Below, piece after piece: positions 31,622-40,459 of a stretch of DNA of 64,000 nt. The DNA lies in assembly GCA_036128475.1 (NCBI GenBank), contig JAYYQI010000052.1, forward strand, positions 50,065-114,064. The letters run 5' to 3'. The notes under the pieces were generated by a model. The model was not told the DNA's origin, made no database searches, and saw only the letters and a program-made list of their open reading frames with translations. The stretch's first letter is position 1. Each line of letters opens with the position of its first letter. A program made the translations under genes and the position numbers. The DNA is from Verrucomicrobiota bacterium (GTDB lineage Bacteria > Verrucomicrobiota > Verrucomicrobiia > Opitutales > Seribacteraceae).

Positions 31622-33055
31622 ATGAGTATTCCACACATATCTTGTTTGCGTATGGGTCAGCCATACCGAAGTTATAATGAATCCAAAGTTAAGGATTATC
31701 GTGATGGTTCCGTTAAAGCGACATTAAGCCAAGTAAATGCTGGGATTATTCGTCGCGATCTCAGAGAAATTAGCCGAGCGCGCCAAGCCCTTAATCAATT
31801 TTCCACTCAAGAATTGATTGAAATTAGTGCAAAGGCTGGTGAGCTTTTTCTTAAAGAAACGTTACCGCTCGGAAATGATGGGCACCAACAATCTGCACAG
31901 GATTACTTGGAGACCCTTTCATCCACTAGTGGTCTGCCTCACGTCATGGTGCAGCGCAATATGGATAAGATACATTATGCACTTACGCACTTGGAATTGA
32001 TTCTCAATGGACTAACGAGGGGAATAGATTTTTCTATTTTAGATCAAGGCTACGGGGAGCAGGCTGGTGCACCGGTCTGCTTTTATCCAACTACAGAAGC
32101 GCTTGGTTTGGTGATGCCAAGTAATTCACCGGCGGTTAATTCTCTTTGGTTGCCTTCGATTGCATTAAAGATACCTGTCATTATGAAACCAGGAAGAGAA
32201 GAACCTTGGACTCCTTATCGTTTGATGCAAGCGTTTATCGCAGCAGGCTGTCCCAAGGAAGCATTTGGTTTTTATCCTACGGATCATGAAGGAGCCGGGG
32301 ATATACTTAAACTCTGCGGGCGTGCTTTAATCTTCGGCGATAAAAGTACGACTGATCTTTATGCCGGTAATCCCGGAGTACAGGTTCATGGTCCTGGTTT
32401 TAGTAAAATTCTCATTGGTGAAGATGAGATTGAGAATTGGGAAAAGTACATTGATGTAATGGTTTCTTCTATTTCGGATAATGGTGGCCGAAGTTGCGTA
32501 AATGCTTCCGCCGTAATTGTACCGAAATATGCTAGGGAAATTGCAGATGCTCTTGGGAAACGACTCGGGCCACTAAAGCCTCTTCCAATTGATGACCCTA
32601 ATGCAGTGCTCTCTGGCTTTGCTAATCCCAAAATGGGGGAATGGATCGATCAAACCCTAGAAGCTGATTTTGCCGAAAAAGGTGCAATTGATGCCACTGC
32701 ACCATACAGAGACGGACCCCGTTTGGTTCAGGCAGAGGGCGGGACTTACCTTAGGCCAACTATTGCTTACTGCGAATCTATGGATCATGCTCTCTCCAAC
32801 CGAGAGTTTCTTTGTCCATACGCCAGTGTAGTGGAAGTACCCCAAAGAGATATGCTTAACTCTATTGGTCCAACGCTAGTTGTAACTGCAATTACCGGAG
32901 ACAAAAATTTCCAAAATCAATTATTAGCAGCATCGAATGTTGAACGCTTAAATTTAGGGGCAATTTCAACCATGAAGATTTCCTGGGATCAACCCCATGA
33001 AGGAAATATGTTTGAATTTCTTTACAAGCGTCGTTCCATCGGGATGGCGGCTTGA
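31622..33055 (+). CDS. EhpG/GriD-type aldehyde-dehydrogenase-fold acyl reductase (start likely ATG 31622)
   Basis: PSNSP, MKPGREEP, HGPGFSK in place of ELGG, catalytic Cys in NGGRSCVNAS, REFLCP, PHEG..FEFL. Confidence 0.8.
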   Translation: MSIPHISCLRMGQPYRSYNESKVKDYRDGSVKATLSQVNAGIIRRDLREISRARQALNQFSTQELIEISAKAGELFLKETLPLGNDGHQQSAQDYLETLSSTSGLPHVMVQRNMDKIHYALTHLELILNGLTRGIDFSILDQGYGEQAGAPVCFYPTTEALGLVMPSNSPAVNSLWLPSIALKIPVIMKPGREEPWTPYRLMQAFIAAGCPKEAFGFYPTDHEGAGDILKLCGRALIFGDKSTTDLYAGNPGVQVHGPGFSKILIGEDEIENWEKYIDVMVSSISDNGGRSCVNASAVIVPKYAREIADALGKRLGPLKPLPIDDPNAVLSGFANPKMGEWIDQTLEADFAEKGAIDATAPYRDGPRLVQAEGGTYLRPTIAYCESMDHALSNREFLCPYASVVEVPQRDMLNSIGPTLVVTAITGDKNFQNQLLAASNVERLNLGAISTMKISWDQPHEGNMFEFLYKRRSIGMAA

Positions 33056-33076
33056 TTTGTTTCGAAAATTTTTTGC

Positions 33077-34306
33077 ATGGACACTCTTTCCCTAGAGGAA
33101 TTTTCCAATGATTCCTTTTTCGATAGGGAATCTAAGATAAGCCAAACTGTTTTGTTTGGTGCGGGTATATCTTCATCAATCGGACAACATGCAAAATCTT
33201 TAGGAAATCACGCTCTTTTGGTTTCAGATCGCGGCATCCGGGCAGCTGGACATCTAGATAGAGTTCAAGGGTTGATAGTGGATGCCAATGTAAGGGTAAC
33301 CGTTTTCGATCAATCCATCGAGAATCCTACCGAATCTAGTGTAGCACGCTGTGCGATGATTGCCAGAGATGCAAAAGTCGACCTCATCGTTGGTTTGGGA
33401 GGCGGGAGCTCGATGGATACGGCCAAGGGTTGTAATTTCCTGCTTACCAATGGAGGGAAAATGGAGGACTTCTGGGGGGTGGGGAAAGCCCGTCTTCCGA
33501 TGCTTCCATTAATCGCTATTCCAACCACGGCAGGGACAGGAAGTGAGTGCCAATCGTTTGCCCTGATTTCTCATGATCAAACGCATGCGAAAATGGCATG
33601 TGGCGACACGAAAGCATTACCTGCGATTACGCTGCTTGATCCTGAATTAACTCTCTCGCAACCAGCATCTGTAACTGCCTGCACTGGAATTGATGCCCTG
33701 GCTCATGCACTGGAGTCGGCTGTCACTAGTAAGCGTTGCGAACTTTCAAGTCGGCATGCCAAGATTGCCTTTCAACTTTTAAATCAATCACTACCGGTTG
33801 TATTCAATAATCCGAATGATCTTGATGCAAGAGGCGGAACTCTATTAGGAGCATCGCATGCAGGTGCTGCAATTGAGCAAAGCATGCTGGGTGCGGCTCA
33901 TTCCATGGCCAATCCGTTGACTGCAATGTATGGAACCATTCACGGGATAGCTGTTGGATTGGCCCTTCCTTGGGTTATGAAATTTAATGCCGAGGAGAGC
34001 GAATGCCGTAATATCTATGCTGATTTTGCCAAGGTTGCAGGAATTGCCAAAATGGATTGTTCGGATGAAGAAGGTTCAAATATCCTGATAAAAAGGGTTA
34101 AAGAACTTTTGGATTTAGCCAAACTTTCGACTTATCATAATAATATGAATTTCGAACTCGCAGCAATCCCTGAGCTTTCCTTAGCGGCCTCCAAACAATG
34201 GACGGCTGGCTTTAACCCTCGGGATATAGATGCTCAGGACTTTGAATGCCTTTACACTCATCTTTTCCAAAACCTTTCGAAGACACCAGTCATTCAAAGA
34301 GGATAG
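33077..34306 (+). CDS. Iron-containing alcohol dehydrogenase
   Basis: GLGGGSSMDTAK, PTTAGTGSE, GIDALAHALES, HSMAN, HG metal ligands. Confidence 0.93.
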   Translation: MDTLSLEEFSNDSFFDRESKISQTVLFGAGISSSIGQHAKSLGNHALLVSDRGIRAAGHLDRVQGLIVDANVRVTVFDQSIENPTESSVARCAMIARDAKVDLIVGLGGGSSMDTAKGCNFLLTNGGKMEDFWGVGKARLPMLPLIAIPTTAGTGSECQSFALISHDQTHAKMACGDTKALPAITLLDPELTLSQPASVTACTGIDALAHALESAVTSKRCELSSRHAKIAFQLLNQSLPVVFNNPNDLDARGGTLLGASHAGAAIEQSMLGAAHSMANPLTAMYGTIHGIAVGLALPWVMKFNAEESECRNIYADFAKVAGIAKMDCSDEEGSNILIKRVKELLDLAKLSTYHNNMNFELAAIPELSLAASKQWTAGFNPRDIDAQDFECLYTHLFQNLSKTPVIQRG

Positions 34307-34312
34307 CTTAAA

Positions 34313-35458
34313 ATGAAAGCACTGGCACAGTTGATTATTCGAAAGGCAGCAAAACCATATGTCTTTTTAATTTTCTTTTTTTGCCAACAACTTTTCGCTG
34401 ACTGGCCGAGGCATCGTGGCGATGCAGCCTTAAATGGTAGAACTAATGCCGAATTAGGCACAAAACTAGATCTTCTTTGGTCTTATGAAACTGGTGAATT
34501 CCTAAAATCATCCGTGGTGGTTGAGGAAGGCATTGCGTTTGTTGGCTCCGACGATGGACTTCTCCATGCGATCGAACTTGAAACGGGTAAAAAGAAATGG
34601 GCATTTAAAACAGAAATGGCCATCGAAGCCCCTCCGTTACTTTATGGCGGTCAAGTGATTGTTGGTTCAACGGATGGCTTTCTGTATTCGATTGGTCAGA
34701 AATCCGGTAAATTAACCTGGAAATACGAAACGATGGGCGAGATTATGGGAGCTGCCAATCAAGCCATTCGCCCAACCAGCAAGGACGATGTACTCGTGGT
34801 GGGAAGCTATGATAATTTTGTTCATTGTGTTGAAACAAAATCCGGAAAACCCGTTTGGAAGTTTGAAGCCCAGAATTATATCAATGGTGTTCCCACAATC
34901 TACAATCAAGAGAATGTCGTCTTTGGTGGATGCGATGCAATGTTATACGTCATTGGACTGGAAGACGGCAAAAGCGTACGCTCCATTGAAGTGGAAGCCC
35001 CGATTGCAGCGTCAGTGGCAATTGCAGATGGAGTGGGTTATGTTGGAGATATGGACCGATCCGTGACCGCTTTTAATTTGGATTCCGGAGAGATTGTCTG
35101 GAATTATCAGCAAAAGAGTTTCCCCTATTTCTCTTCTCCTGCACTTTCCAACCAAAACCTATTTATAGGTGGAAGAGATAAAGGAATGCATTGCATAGAC
35201 CGGATAAACGGAAAGCAAGTCTGGAGGTTTTCGGCACGAGGAAGAATTGATAGTTCGCCTGTAGTAACCAAGGATAAAGTTATTTTTGGCGCTATGGACG
35301 GAAAATTGTATCTTGTTTCCCGAAAAGAAGGCAAAGAGGTTTCTTCCTACGAGATAGGAGAACCCATTTCCTCCACCCCAGCAATTGTGGAAACTAAAAT
35401 AATCGTTGGATGCGAGGATGGAAATGTTTATGCCTTTGAAACGAAAGAAAAGAAATGA
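34313..35458 (+). CDS. BamB-like/PQQ-like beta-propeller repeat protein, exported
   Basis: ADWPRHRGD after a hydrophobic stretch; regular GS.DG.LY...G...W blades. Confidence 0.87.
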   Translation: MKALAQLIIRKAAKPYVFLIFFFCQQLFADWPRHRGDAALNGRTNAELGTKLDLLWSYETGEFLKSSVVVEEGIAFVGSDDGLLHAIELETGKKKWAFKTEMAIEAPPLLYGGQVIVGSTDGFLYSIGQKSGKLTWKYETMGEIMGAANQAIRPTSKDDVLVVGSYDNFVHCVETKSGKPVWKFEAQNYINGVPTIYNQENVVFGGCDAMLYVIGLEDGKSVRSIEVEAPIAASVAIADGVGYVGDMDRSVTAFNLDSGEIVWNYQQKSFPYFSSPALSNQNLFIGGRDKGMHCIDRINGKQVWRFSARGRIDSSPVVTKDKVIFGAMDGKLYLVSRKEGKEVSSYEIGEPISSTPAIVETKIIVGCEDGNVYAFETKEKK

Positions 35459-36792
35459 GTGCGGATACAATCATCAAACCAGATAAGGAGACTAAGGCAG
35501 AAACAAAACCTGGTAATTATTTTGTTTCCAATTATCCACCGTTTTCTTTTTGGAATGAAGAAGAGGTTCCCTGCGTGGAGTCAATGCTCGGAAGCCCAAC
35601 CCCCGGAACTGCACCGCTTGGAATTTATTATCATGTTCCATTCTGTCGAAAGCGTTGCCACTTCTGTTATTTCCGAGTTTATACCGACAAGAATTCTCAT
35701 GATGTTCGTCGATACATGGATGCGACCATTAACGAACTAAAGGCTTATGCGAATTCACCTTATCTGGCCGGCAGAAAACCGAAGTTCATTTATTTTGGAG
35801 GGGGTACGCCCTCATATTTGTCTGCCCAGCAATTGACTGAATTAACCGACCGGATGAAGGAAATTATTCCATGGGACGAAGCGGAGGAAGTGACCTTTGA
35901 GTGCGAACCAGGAACTCTTTCCGAGAAAAAACTGGAAGTCATTAAAAATTTTGGGGTTACACGTTTGAGTTTAGGGATTGAAAACTTCAATGATCATATT
36001 CTTGAGATCAATGGACGTGCTCATCGATCGCAGGAAGTATTTAAGGCATACGATTTCGCAAGAAATCTTGGTTTTCAAAACATAAATATAGATTTGATTG
36101 CGGGGATGCTCGAAGAAACTGATTCCAATTGGAAAGATTGCATAGAACGGGTGTTGGATCTTTCTCCTGATTGCATCACCGTTTACCAAATGGAGGTTCC
36201 CTTTAACACCACCATTTTCAAATCCATGAAAGAGGAGGGTAAGCTAACCGCACCAGTTGCTGATTGGCCAACTAAGCGGAAATGGGTCACGCAGGCTTAC
36301 GAGAGTCTGGAAAAAGCAGGTTATACAATAACTAGTGCTTACACCGCCGTAAAAGACCCCAACAATACCAAGTTTGTTTATCGTGACCGCCTTTGGGCGG
36401 GTGCCGATATGGTTGCATTGGGAGTTGCATCTTTTGGACATTTAGGCGGGATCCATTATCAGAACCAAACTCACTTTGATACTTACTGCGAAACACAGGA
36501 AAATAAAAGCAGTGCAGTTCGCCGTGCATTACTGACAACTGAAGACGAAAGGTTTCTAAGAGAGTTCATACTTCAGTGGAAACTTGGTCGTGTAAATCCA
36601 GCCTATTTTCTTCAAAAGTTTGGCGTTGATATTAATCGTCGATTTGAAGACATATTTACGGAGTGGAAGGATTCGGGTGATCTTTATGAAGAAGATGGTA
36701 ATTTATTGCTTACTCGAGATGCGCTCTTACGTATAGATTCGATGCTCCATAGATTCTTCCTGCCAAAGCATAGGGATTCGAAATACGTCTAA
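35455..36792 (+). CDS. HemN-like radical SAM enzyme (class C methyltransferase-like; not true HemN/HemW)
   Basis: YHVPFCRKRCHFC, YFGGGTPS, RLSLG, NIDLIAG; lacks the HemN RNFQGY and HemW HNxxYW motifs. Confidence 0.85.
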   Translation: MSADTIIKPDKETKAETKPGNYFVSNYPPFSFWNEEEVPCVESMLGSPTPGTAPLGIYYHVPFCRKRCHFCYFRVYTDKNSHDVRRYMDATINELKAYANSPYLAGRKPKFIYFGGGTPSYLSAQQLTELTDRMKEIIPWDEAEEVTFECEPGTLSEKKLEVIKNFGVTRLSLGIENFNDHILEINGRAHRSQEVFKAYDFARNLGFQNINIDLIAGMLEETDSNWKDCIERVLDLSPDCITVYQMEVPFNTTIFKSMKEEGKLTAPVADWPTKRKWVTQAYESLEKAGYTITSAYTAVKDPNNTKFVYRDRLWAGADMVALGVASFGHLGGIHYQNQTHFDTYCETQENKSSAVRRALLTTEDERFLREFILQWKLGRVNPAYFLQKFGVDINRRFEDIFTEWKDSGDLYEEDGNLLLTRDALLRIDSMLHRFFLPKHRDSKYV

Positions 36793-36808
36793 AACTTGGG
36801 TTTTCCTA

Positions 36809-37354
36809 ATGAATGCTTCAACTCTTCCAGATATACTTTATCCTCTTAGTTTTATACGTAGTGCGAGGGGGTTACCAAAATTAAGGTATGAGAATCTAAA
36901 TCCAGAAGATTTACCCGAACCCTACCAAACTCTCTTATTCCATGAAGGGGATATGACTTCCCGCCTTGAGGCATATCACGAATCCCCTCTCCAGGTAAAA
37001 ACTCTCAATAGCTCAAATGATGGGAAAAAATATTTTCGTGAAGTTATTCTTAATTCCACAAATTCCGGAAAACCCACGGAGTATGGGGCTATTGAAATAC
37101 AATTAAATTCTCTCCCAGATGATGTCTGTGAGAAAATCAAGGAAGCTCGAAAACCCCTTGGTGGGATACTTAATGAGTACAGGATACCTTATTCCAGTTC
37201 CCCTCGAGGATTCCTGAAAGTAACCCCGGATGGACCCATAATTGATGCCTTTGGAGAAGTGGAATCTGATTACCTTTATGGTAGAAGTAATCAGATTTCT
37301 GGATTTAATCGGGAAACCATTGCTCGGATTGTGGAAATTTTACCAGCGTTATGA
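36809..37354 (+). CDS. Chorismate pyruvate-lyase-like protein (UbiC/DUF98 fold)
   Basis: LL.H.GDMT..LE, REVIL, EYG.I.I, PLG.IL, R..IVEIL pattern typical of the chorismate lyase fold. Confidence 0.7.
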   Translation: MNASTLPDILYPLSFIRSARGLPKLRYENLNPEDLPEPYQTLLFHEGDMTSRLEAYHESPLQVKTLNSSNDGKKYFREVILNSTNSGKPTEYGAIEIQLNSLPDDVCEKIKEARKPLGGILNEYRIPYSSSPRGFLKVTPDGPIIDAFGEVESDYLYGRSNQISGFNRETIARIVEILPAL

Positions 37355-37389
37355 GAGTAAATCTCGCTTGTGTAGTTTGACATTGTCGC

Positions 37390-38676
37390 TTGAATGATAA
37401 AAGTATGATTTCTTTAAAAACTCAGTACGATGCCATCGTTATAGGAGGTGGGCCCGCAGGCTCTACCACCGCAGCTCTTTTGGCGGAAAAGGGTCATGAT
37501 GTCTTAATTGTAGAAAAAGAAAAATTTCCGCGCTACCATGTAGGTGAGTCGTTGATGCCCTTTTGCTATTTCCCTTTGGAGCGTCTTGGTCTCGTTGATA
37601 CTTTGATGCAGTCGGCTAATCCTAGGAAATACTGCGTTCAGTTTGTTAGGCAGGACGGTTTCTTGTCGCAACCATTCTATTTTTTTCAGCACTTTGATCA
37701 TCCATCATCTACCACTTGGCAAGTATGGCGATCAGAGTTTGACAAAATGATAATGGACAAAGCACGGGAAAACGGTGCATCTGTCATGGAAGAGGCAAAG
37801 GCGAAAAATCTTATCAAGTCCGGAGAAAACAGAGTTGAAGGCGTGAATGTTGTGTCCAAAGAACTTGGAGAGCACGAATTGAGCGCGTCTATTGTTGTAG
37901 ATGCATCAGGAAGGGATTGTTTCTCGGCTCACAAACAAAATTGGATGGTTCGTGATCCTGAGTTAAAGAAGGTTGCCTTGTGGACATATTACAAAGGAGC
38001 GAAGCGCGATCCTGGTTTAGATGAAGGGGCAACCACGGTAGCCTACTTGCCAGACAAAGGATGGTTTTGGTACATACCTTTGAGTGGAGATATGGTAAGC
38101 GTTGGTATTGTGGCTGAGCGGGATTATCTTTTTAACGGTTCAACCAAAGACCATGCAGAAATCTTCGAGCGCGAAGTTCAAAATAACGAGTGGATTAAAG
38201 AACACTTATCCGAGGGGCAACAAACTGGAGAATATCGAATTACCGGTGAATATTCTTATCGAAATAAATTTTGTTCCATCGATGGACTTGTACTTGCGGG
38301 CGATGCCCTTGGTTTTTTGGACCCCGTTTTCTCATCTGGTGTCTTTCTGGCCCTGAAAAGTGGCGTAATGTTGGCGGATGAAATTGATCAAGTGATGCAA
38401 CAAGGGAAACCGATAAAATCCTCTTCCTTTGAGAATTACGGCAAACGCATGCAGTCATCGATCGAAACCATGCGCAAGATCGTTTACGCTTTTTATGACA
38501 AGGAATTTAGTTTTGGAGATTTGGTGAAAAGGGGTGACCATCTTCGATCAGCTCTTACTGATTGTTTGGTTGGAAATGTGGATGATAAGGACTTTCGTGA
38601 ACTCTTTGACGCAATGTCAGATCTTGCTGAACTACCTGAGCCCGTTGAGCATGGGCTCGCTCACGCTTCTTCGTGA
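37390..38676 (+). CDS. Flavin-dependent halogenase (phenolic/PltA-like clade)
   Basis: GGGPAG, FPRYHVGESL, Lys at residue 80 (NPRKYC), WFWYIP (WxWxIP), GDALGFLDPVFSSG (FxxPxxSxG). Confidence 0.78.
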   Translation: MNDKSMISLKTQYDAIVIGGGPAGSTTAALLAEKGHDVLIVEKEKFPRYHVGESLMPFCYFPLERLGLVDTLMQSANPRKYCVQFVRQDGFLSQPFYFFQHFDHPSSTTWQVWRSEFDKMIMDKARENGASVMEEAKAKNLIKSGENRVEGVNVVSKELGEHELSASIVVDASGRDCFSAHKQNWMVRDPELKKVALWTYYKGAKRDPGLDEGATTVAYLPDKGWFWYIPLSGDMVSVGIVAERDYLFNGSTKDHAEIFEREVQNNEWIKEHLSEGQQTGEYRITGEYSYRNKFCSIDGLVLAGDALGFLDPVFSSGVFLALKSGVMLADEIDQVMQQGKPIKSSSFENYGKRMQSSIETMRKIVYAFYDKEFSFGDLVKRGDHLRSALTDCLVGNVDDKDFRELFDAMSDLAELPEPVEHGLAHASS

Positions 38677-39971
38677 AGCTCGCTTTTCTAACTCCCGGAA
38701 CGGGTAATTATTACTGCGGAGTATGCATGCGGGACAATTCACTTGCCCGGCAATTGATTGTTCTTGGGCACGAGGTTACTATGCTGCCCACCTATCTGCC
38801 ACATTTTCTAGATGAGGAAGAAGCAACTTCCGATGAGCCGATTTTCTTTGGTGGTATCAATGTTTATCTCCAACACAAGTTTTCTTTATTTCGTCATACG
38901 CCAAAATGGGTAGATAAAGCTTTTGATAACAAATGGCTTTTACGCAAAGCTGCTGCCCGCAGCGGGATGACCTCAAGCAAAGACTTGGGTGAAATTACCC
39001 TATCGACATTTCGCGGAGAAGACGGACCTTTGGTTAAGGAAGTAAGAAAGGTCCTTGATTGGTTTAAGACCCAGGGAATCCCGGATGTAATTTTTCTTTC
39101 TACGATCATGCTTGCCGGTATCGGAAAGGTTTTGAAAAGGGAGCTCAAGGTTCCGGTCTATGGTTTTTTGCAGGGTGAAGATTCATTTCTTGATTCGCTC
39201 CTTCCTGAATACCGAGTGGAAGCATGGAAACTTCTTTCCAGTGATGTTGCCAAGTTGAATGGTTGTATTGCACCAAGTCAATATTTCGGAAATCTTATGG
39301 CTGAACGCCTCCAACTGGAACCCGAATGTGTTAAATTCCACCCAAATGGTATAACTACGGAAGGAATCACTCCCGCCGAAGAGCCACCTAAGGTTCAAAC
39401 TTTGGGGTATTTAGCAAGATTATGCCCACTAAAGGGTTTAGACTTATTGGTCGACGCATTCATAGTACTCAAAGAATCTCCCAAGTTTTCGGATTTGCGT
39501 TTAGAAATTGCAGGGGGCATGACATCCGAAGACGAACCTTATGTTGATGACCAGCACAGGAAACTAGTACAAGCCGGACTCTCCGATTATTTTTCCATTC
39601 ATCCAAATTTGGATCGTGAACAAAAATTGAAATTTCTTAAATCCCTCTCGGTATTCTCCGTACCTGCTAGGTATCCAGAAGCTTTTGGCCTTTATGCTGT
39701 TGAGGCAATGGCATCGGGGATCCCCGTTGTTTTGCCATCCGAGGGAGCTTTCCCTGAATTAATAAATACCACGCAGGGTGGTTGTGTTTATGATGCTACA
39801 AAATCTGGAGCTCTTTTAGATGCATTGGAATCCTTGTTGGATGATCCGACTAAAGCCAAGGAAATGGGATTGTTGGGACATCATGCTGTTGCTCAAAATT
39901 ATGCCAATGAAAATCTCGCCTCTCGACTTGTGGAGGAAATTATCTCTCCTTCACAACACGCTAAAATCTAA
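38673..39971 (+). CDS. Glycosyltransferase family 4 with N-terminal YCGVC motif
   Basis: GYLARLCPLKG, EAFGLYAVEAMASG, N-terminal PGTGNYYCGVCMRDN. Confidence 0.88.
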   Translation: MKLAFLTPGTGNYYCGVCMRDNSLARQLIVLGHEVTMLPTYLPHFLDEEEATSDEPIFFGGINVYLQHKFSLFRHTPKWVDKAFDNKWLLRKAAARSGMTSSKDLGEITLSTFRGEDGPLVKEVRKVLDWFKTQGIPDVIFLSTIMLAGIGKVLKRELKVPVYGFLQGEDSFLDSLLPEYRVEAWKLLSSDVAKLNGCIAPSQYFGNLMAERLQLEPECVKFHPNGITTEGITPAEEPPKVQTLGYLARLCPLKGLDLLVDAFIVLKESPKFSDLRLEIAGGMTSEDEPYVDDQHRKLVQAGLSDYFSIHPNLDREQKLKFLKSLSVFSVPARYPEAFGLYAVEAMASGIPVVLPSEGAFPELINTTQGGCVYDATKSGALLDALESLLDDPTKAKEMGLLGHHAVAQNYANENLASRLVEEIISPSQHAKI

Positions 39972-39980
39972 GAAATACAA

Positions 39981-40406
39981 ATGAGTACTGAATTTTCTAT
40001 TACCCGACGGGTTGAATTTTCCGAAACCGATCTGGCCGGAATCATGCACTTTACCAATTTTTATCGTTGGATGGAGATTTGCGAACATGAGTTCCTTCGC
40101 AGTCTCGGACTATCGGTGGATATGGAAGATGAAAACGGTCGCTTTGGATGGCCACGGGTTAAAACATCGTGTCGCTTTAAGCGCCCCTTGCGTTTTGAAG
40201 AAGAGGTTGAAGTGAAATTGATTATTACCGAGATTCGGGATCGCTCGATTGCTTATGCCTTTCAATTTTGGAAAGATGAGGACGGGGAGCGGGTCAAAGC
40301 GGCAGTTGGCGAAGTGGTAGCTGCCTGCGTAAGGTTCGATCAGGCAAGTGGCTCAATGACCCCCATCATGATTCCAGAAGTGGTTAAGTCAAAGATCTCT
40401 CCTTAA
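39981..40406 (+). CDS. Hotdog-fold acyl-CoA thioesterase (4-hydroxybenzoyl-CoA thioesterase/YbgC family)
   Basis: RVEFSETDLAGIMHFTNFYRWME, F..PLRF. Confidence 0.88.
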   Translation: MSTEFSITRRVEFSETDLAGIMHFTNFYRWMEICEHEFLRSLGLSVDMEDENGRFGWPRVKTSCRFKRPLRFEEEVEVKLIITEIRDRSIAYAFQFWKDEDGERVKAAVGEVVAACVRFDQASGSMTPIMIPEVVKSKISP

Positions 40407-40411
40407 AATGA

Positions 40412-40439
40412 ATGAATTCATGCATTGCATGAGTTTCAT
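40412..40439. promoter_or_regulatory. Palindromic operator-like element inside the operon
   Basis: Perfect TCATGCA-T-TGCATGA core (40418-40432), imperfectly extendable, in the largest (53-bp) gap of the operon. Confidence 0.4.
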
Positions 40440-40459
40440 GTGTTAGTAGACTGAAACTT

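Noticed and set aside
30528-33055. Phenazine biosynthesis or lux bioluminescence (LuxE/LuxC) locus
   Set aside because: No phzA-G or luxAB/luxD genes in the window; only the reductase-type pair is present
22902-35458. True PQQ-dependent dehydrogenases or BamB
   Set aside because: No vicinal Cys-Cys, no pqq genes and no bam/der context; only the repeat fold is supported
35455-36792. Annotation as hemN/hemW (heme biosynthesis)
   Set aside because: Diagnostic motifs of both are missing and the context is aromatic-acid enzymes
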